From Chrysomallon squamiferum (Eukaryota > Animalia > Mollusca): DNA of 64,000 bases. Under the pieces are notes generated by a model, which was not told the origin of the DNA, did not search any database, and saw only the letters and a program-made list of their open reading frames with translations. This document shows positions 57,095-64,000 of this stretch, piece after piece; position 1 is the stretch's first letter, and each line of letters starts with the position of its first letter. The position numbers and the translations under genes are program-made. Location: NCBI GenBank assembly GCA_012295275.1, contig CM022666.1, forward strand, positions 3,410,001 to 3,474,000, in the 5' to 3' direction.

Positions 57095-57536
57095 AGACGC
57101 CCAATATGGAAATTAAATGACAGTAGTACGCGTATATCAAAACATATGACAGTACTGAATGAATACTTATTTAATGACAGGACAGTATGAGTCATTCTGT
57201 TATTAAATGATGATGAAAAATCTACGACAACAAGCAAACACTACGCCACGGGATTCACGGTTCAATTAGCAACGAGCGATCTTTGCATGTATTTAACACA
57301 GAAAGGAAAAACATTCAATAAAAAGCCGTCGGAAAATTTTGTTACAGCGACAAATCTAATAGATATGGCCAAAAACTTTTGTTGTTATTTATTTGTCAGT
57401 GTAAAAAAAAAAAAAAAAAAAAATACAATAAAAAATAAAAAGTACCAATGAAAGTTAAATAAATTTATTTCTGTACAAGAAATAGAAGATGAAAAAAAAA
57501 GAAAAAAAAGAAGAAGAAGAAGAAAAAAATATATTG

Positions 57537-57618
57537 CGCTGTGAGTAGGATTTGAACCTACGCGGGAAGATCCCATTGGATTTCGAGTCCAACGCCTTAA
57601 CCACTCGGCCATCACAGC
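57537..57618 (-). tRNA. TRNAS-CGA: tRNA-Ser (anticodon CGA)
   Basis: Reverse complement is identical to 54344-54425 and is followed on the minus strand by a T7 Pol III terminator. Confidence 0.96.
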
Positions 57619-57667
57619 TCGATAATTAAGGCTATTTAGTCGTGTATTGAAATACGTATATTTCATT

Positions 57668-57673
<6 letters not shown>

Positions 57674-57743
<70 letters not shown>
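57674..57743. repeat. (CT)n microsatellite
   Basis: Read directly. Confidence 0.95.
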
Positions 57744-57746
<3 letters not shown>

Positions 57747-58352
57747 TTCGTTTTCGCTCTATACCTGTCTGCAGGTATGTTTCACTTTCATTCGTTCTTT
57801 CTTTTTCTCCATTTCATCCATCCATCCATCCATCTGGACTTATTTATCTATCAATGAATATATCCGTTTATCTTTCTGTCTATATCTCTCCATACACACA
57901 CAGACAGACACGAGCACATTCACCCCGCCACACACACACACACTCTTATCTGCGCCAGGCTTATCTACTTGTCGTTTCTGTGTAGTTCTGACGCACATAA
58001 TAAAGATTACGCAACTAAAGTGCTGGCCTGTTTTGGATTCTAACTTCATAGTCAAAGGTCAAATCGTGATGACGTCGTTAAATTCACAGTTTCTTATAGC
58101 CCAGCTTCACACATGGTCGGAGAAATATAAAGGAGAAATGTCGAGCATAAACGGATGTTTGTAAGAAGATGATAACCCAGTTTTCCTTCGAACACACCTT
58201 AATTTTCCACGTCACGGATGTAATTGAAACGTCATTTGTTTATTTTTGGTCCGAGTTTGATATTTATAAATAAATGATTAAATATTTAAATCAGTAACAG
58301 CTAACTAAATAAATGAATGGATATATTATAAATAAATAATAAGTATTAAATA

Positions 58353-58396
<44 letters not shown>

Positions 58397-59217
58397 CAAT
58401 ACATACATACATACATAGGCACACACATAGGCCTACTTGTTGAATAAACATACACATACACGCATAGCCACATATATAATAATAAATGTATTTAACATAC
58501 AGAGATGCACACGTAGTCCTGAAAATTCACTTACAGCGATTTTGCACGTAGAAATATGTCAATGCTTTGGAGATACAAAATCACAGATGGTTTCTGATCT
58601 GCATGTTTTTAGGGGCAAGTGGAATTAATATATATAATATATGTATATATATATATATGTTTTTTTATGGTTTAGTTGTTGTTTTCTTGTTGTTTTTAGT
58701 TTTTTCTTTTCTTCTTCTTCTTTCTGTCTTTCTTTATTTATTTATATATTTATAATTATTATTATTATTATTATTTTGGTTTTGTCATTTATTTATGTTT
58801 TAGTTTCATTCGTTCTTCTTTCTTTCTTTCTTTATTTACTTATACTTTGTATTTCTTTTTATATATTTATTTTATCTTTTTTTAATATTTTTTTCTAATT
58901 TATTTATTTATTTTTTAAATTTAAATTACTTTTTAATCACAGCTTAATAAACGTAGACTAAATTTTGTATTTTATACTACAGTTTTCTAGCATATCTAGC
59001 TGTTTATGGTAAGTGCTGTTATGTTTGTTCGAAAATACGTTTATAATTATTCCTTGATGTTTTATGAAAACACAAAGGAATTTGCATGGAGATTATTTTA
59101 TCGGAATTACAACAATAGCAACAACAACAACGATAACACAACAACAATAATAAAAAATAATAAAAATGAATTAATGAATATTTAAAGAGACTGCAAAACG
59201 AGAATAACAAGAACGAA

Positions 59218-59270
<53 letters not shown>

Positions 59271-59397
59271 TAAGATCATCATCATCATTTTTATTATTAT
59301 TACTGCTATTCATTTCGTATTTTCATTTTTAAATTAATTATTTTACTTTTTATTAAGTTATACACGTCCTGAATTATTAAACAACTGTTTATTTATT

Positions 59398-59457
<60 letters not shown>

Positions 59458-59466
59458 TACTACCAC

Positions 59467-59514
<48 letters not shown>

Positions 59515-60056
59515 GTGACAGTTGACATGTAGTAGCATGCACAGGTGTGGTAATGCCAGGAGCCACGTCCTTGATTGTAAACCCCAAGATTCAAGTATGG
59601 GACCTAGTACTGAGAATAAACCTTTTATTAAAATTAAATATAAATCAGCCACATCACTTAAGTTCGCTGACCCAAATGAGGTCCACTTGTCAGGAAACTA
59701 CTACTTCATTTACTTATTTACTTTATCTTTTACATCAGCTGAGAGCTGATTATTTTTTTCAATGCTGGTTAAGTGCTTGTTAGTTAGTCGATCTGGTAAC
59801 ATGCAAGATCTCAGATACGTTCTTATTAGCTTCAGCTTTGAAAACGACAGTTCACGAGTTACGATCCGAAACGCGAAAGTAAACAATAGTCAGTACAACG
59901 AAGTTAACAACGATAATTTCATATTTCTAAAAACCTTGATTTTAATTTTGATTTGATTTGATTTTTTTTAATTGGATGGATGACTCCCCGTGAAATGGAT
60001 GTCCCTGCCCCTTGCTCCTCTTCTGTTACCCCCATCCCTTTCTACCCTTCTGGTAT

Positions 60057-60070
60057 GTAGATAGACAGAC

Positions 60071-60129
<59 letters not shown>

Positions 60130-60377
60130 TAGATAGATAGATAGATAGATAGATATAAAATAATATATAATACACTAGTTATATCTATTTTAATCATGTA
60201 CCAAAACATGATTCTCTCTCTCTCACACACACATACACAGACACACACACACACACACAGACACACAGACACAGACACAAAACACACACACACACACACA
60301 CACAGATGTACTATTAGTATTACAAACGTTAATCTGAACTTTATCACTCACCCATGTACCCAAACACAATCACACAA

Positions 60378-60450
<73 letters not shown>

Positions 60451-60465
60451 TACACACACACACAA
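60057..60465. repeat. (AGAC)n/(AGAT)n and (AC)n microsatellite cluster
   Basis: Read directly. Confidence 0.85.
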
Positions 60466-60909
60466 ACAACATAACCAAAATTATTTAAAAAAAGAACATG
60501 TTTACTTACAGATTATATACAGATGTCAGCCTCTCTCTACAAATATCACGACGTCTCTCTCGACTACTTGAAGGCAAAATGACCTCGTCTGTTTAAAGCG
60601 CTTGAAACAGTATCGGAGCAATAACGAGTTCGGTCGGGGGTCGACTAAAGATGAATTCACACTGTCCGATTTTAAATTACAATTATAATTTAAGCAGTAT
60701 ATGTTTTCTTGATATGTGTGTGTGTATAGGAACACACACATACACCCACACATTCACACTTACACACAACACACATACATATACACACATACACGCTTGT
60801 TTGTGTTTGTGTAGCTAATGTGGGTGAATATATATTGTTGTGTTGTGTTTATTTTTATTGTCCGTTTATTCATAACTATGTGTGTTTCTTAAAGTTTGAA
60901 TTTAGTTTG

Positions 60910-60982
<73 letters not shown>

Positions 60983-61097
60983 TGTGTGTTAGAGGAGAAG
61001 AGACTCGAAAGTTACAGAAATAATAATAAACTATAATATGCCTGTATTTCTATGAATTGTATTATATTCACGGGATTGTTTTACTTAGAAAACCTTC

Positions 61098-61140
61098 GGA
61101 CACTGGGATACGAACTCGTTACCTACCGATCTCAGATATA
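61098..61140 (-). mobile_element. Possible tRNA-derived SINE head fragment
   Basis: Minus strand reads CTGAGATCGGTAGGTAACGAGTTCGTATCCCAGTG, a B-box-like T-arm with no full cloverleaf. Confidence 0.3.
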
Positions 61141-61672
61141 TACATATAGCACTGAAACACAGTATTAATTTACACACGTCTTCCTTTTTTTCATAAAGCG
61201 TAATACAGTTCGTTACTAAAAGTCGCGCAGTGTGACAGAATCTTTACATATTTTTTTTTGTTTTGGGATATTACTTCCATATTCGTTTCCTGAGTCATGA
61301 AACAACGTGGGCGTGTCTTTTGTTTTAAGATGAACTTTTGAACGAAGGCGAGATAGGAAGTGAAGCAGTTGCTTAAATGTTGGTGCCACAATGGGTACGT
61401 CTTTCGACGACGTCGCGATAAGATGCTGTTTCGGCGTTTGAAATTCGGTCAAGATGGAGACGTTTGGAATGATAATATGTCTGTACCAGCGATTATGCTT
61501 GTTCCGGGCCCACAAGGCGCGCGCGCCCCTTCGCTGTTGTATTTCGTTTATGCTTTACTGTTTTACGATTACACTGATATCCACTTGTCCGATTATTTCT
61601 TCTGTGTAGGTATCTGAGAAAGCTCTTTTAGACTTTTGATAATAAGAAATAAAGACAAAGAAATTGTAAAAG

Positions 61673-61730
<58 letters not shown>

Positions 61731-62324
61731 TTACATAAACATTTAATATTCAAATGATTTTACTTAATTTTGTTTTTGTTGTTATTTTACTTTTTTATTG
61801 TATTTTATTTTTATTTTATTTTATTTTTGTTTTGTTTTATTTTATTTTATTTTTTGTTTTATCATTGTTATTATTATTATTGTTTTTCTTTTTTTCATCT
61901 TTTTTTTTTTTTTTTTTTCTAAATACAGCAATTACAAAAACAATGCCTGTGAGGGGAAAGAGAGGGAAGGATGTGACATGTATTTAGATTTAACATAGAT
62001 AAACAATGGTTTTCACAGTTAAGCAAGAGAAACATATGCAATGACAAAGCAAGCCGATTCTGCGCATTATAATTGTACACTAGTGTTTACGAGATTTACA
62101 AACAATAGGAAATAAATCTTTCATCTATCTAAAACTTACTCTGTAGCAGTGAACATGCTATAATTAGTGCAAGTGTCTGTGTAAGATATTCATACAAATT
62201 CCTGTTAATGTTTTGACTCTGGATGTCTGTCTTTCTATTTGTCTGTCTATCTATCTATCTATCTATCTTTCTGTTTATCTATTTATTTATCCGTTTAAGT
62301 ATCTGTATATCTATCTTTCTCTGA

Positions 62325-62402
<78 letters not shown>

Positions 62403-62788
62403 GGGAGGGAGACAAACTGGGACAAAGAGACAACGATAAAGAGAGGGACAGAGACAGAAACTCAGACAACACTGACGGAATCACAGTACTGTAAGTAAAC
62501 ACGTCACAGAATACGCGACAACCACAATCTGTCCAGAGCTAATAGAAGTAGGTGTCATAACAAAAATTAAAATGCAGTAACATCCTAGAAGCAAGTGCGT
62601 AGCCTTCAGGCTTGTTGTGTACATCGATTGTTCTGTTTTTGTTTTTGTCAATGAATGAGAGACCGAGAATTCGTAAATTGTTGTAGGCGTGTTTCGGATT
62701 TAATGTTTGTATTTGAAGCCAGTGTGGGTTTTGGTTATTCTATTGTTGTTGTTGTTGTTGCTGCTGTTGATGTTGTAATTATTTGATA

Positions 62789-62820
<32 letters not shown>

Positions 62821-63188
62821 CGATATTTGAATTTCGAAATATCAATTAATACTGATTTTTAAAAACAATTTTATTATTATTTTTTTTTTTTGTAAAAGAT
62901 ATTTATTTATTTATTTTTGTGTTTATAGGTTTGTTTGTTTGTAAATTGTTACTGATTTGTTCATTGTTTTTGTTGTTTGTACTCGTGGTACAGACATTTG
63001 TTTGTGGGTGACTTCCAGCCTGGTTACACACAATAACAAAACACAAAATCATAATTTTGAAATAAAATGTATTTTAATTCACAAATAATGCACAATATCT
63101 GAGCATTTGGGGGTTGGGTGGTGAAAAAAACGTAGATACAATTGTATGAAAGCAGAAAAAAGCGAGCAATTCTAACACGTACAAGAAA

Positions 63189-63234
<46 letters not shown>

Positions 63235-63686
63235 CACTGTTATGGAATGCATTTAAAAGATGTATCAAAAAAAGTCAAAATACTTTTGATTTGTATGAAA
63301 TATAGTCTCTGTTACAATCTCATGTTTATAATCAGCATAGGAAAAATAATAATGAATGAATTATTGTCTAACAAATGTATACATTAGAAACCAGCAAGTT
63401 GTTTTTTTGTTGTTCTTTTTTAAAGGCTGTGAAATAAATCCAAACACACTGAGCAGTACTTTAAGGCAATTTGAAAAAAAAAAAATATATAAAAAAAAAA
63501 AGAAATAAAAAAATAAAAATAAAAAATAAAATGTTTAAAAGAAAGAACAATAAAGGCAAGAAAAAAACATTTAAATAATAATAATAATAATATAAAACAA
63601 TTGTCTTGCTGTATTTCTTTTTTTCTTTTTTTTTTTTTTTTTTGGCATTTTATAACTTTTCTTTCTTAATTAGTAAAATAACAAAG

Positions 63687-63737
<51 letters not shown>

Positions 63738-64000
63738 TTAATAATAAATGACATCTATATTTGTAATATTAATAACTAATATATATTGTTATAAAAATCA
63801 TCAAATATATAATAAAATAAAAATATCTTAATATGCAACCAAGAATAATATGTAACACCCAATCATAACGCGCCATATTAAATACGTCATAGTCAACTGA
63901 AGGCACAAACAGAACATACGTCATTACACCAAGATGTCTGTCGTAATGTAGGTGATTTTATCACCAATGACAACAGAACAAAATGTAACGAGAATCAGCG

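Noticed and set aside
57385-57666. 93-aa minus-strand ORF
   Set aside because: Read-through of the tRNA-Ser gene and T-rich flanks.

Overview
AT-rich, microsatellite-dense eukaryotic DNA with spliceosomal introns. A mollusc or other lophotrochozoan origin is inferred from the gene and repeat style and was not verified. Four protein-coding genes were reconstructed by hand with consistent splice phases: (1) a complete 9-exon GRTP1/TBC1D6-like Rab-GAP on the minus strand (3506-9102); (2) an SLC16/monocarboxylate-transporter gene on the minus strand (22610-28065) with candidate alternative first exons and uORFs; (3) an 8-exon RSRC1 on the plus strand (43453-47648); (4) an intronless 1192-aa multi-cysteine-cluster Toll-like receptor with two tandem TIR domains on the minus strand (49766-53344). 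A direct tandem duplication of about 7.16 kb (about 7592-14755 and 14756-21925) copies the GRTP1 upstream region plus coding exons 1-2. Two identical tRNA-Ser(CGA) genes face each other 3.1 kb apart. Small DNA-transposon remnants and many simple repeats fill the rest. Most short ORFs in the track are microsatellite artefacts. The most notable items are the twin-TIR TLR with both TIRs apparently lacking the catalytic Glu, the partial GRTP1 duplication, a spaced TTACGTCA motif array and the SLC16 5' architecture. I cannot establish a wholly new biological system from sequence alone, and no database searches were run.
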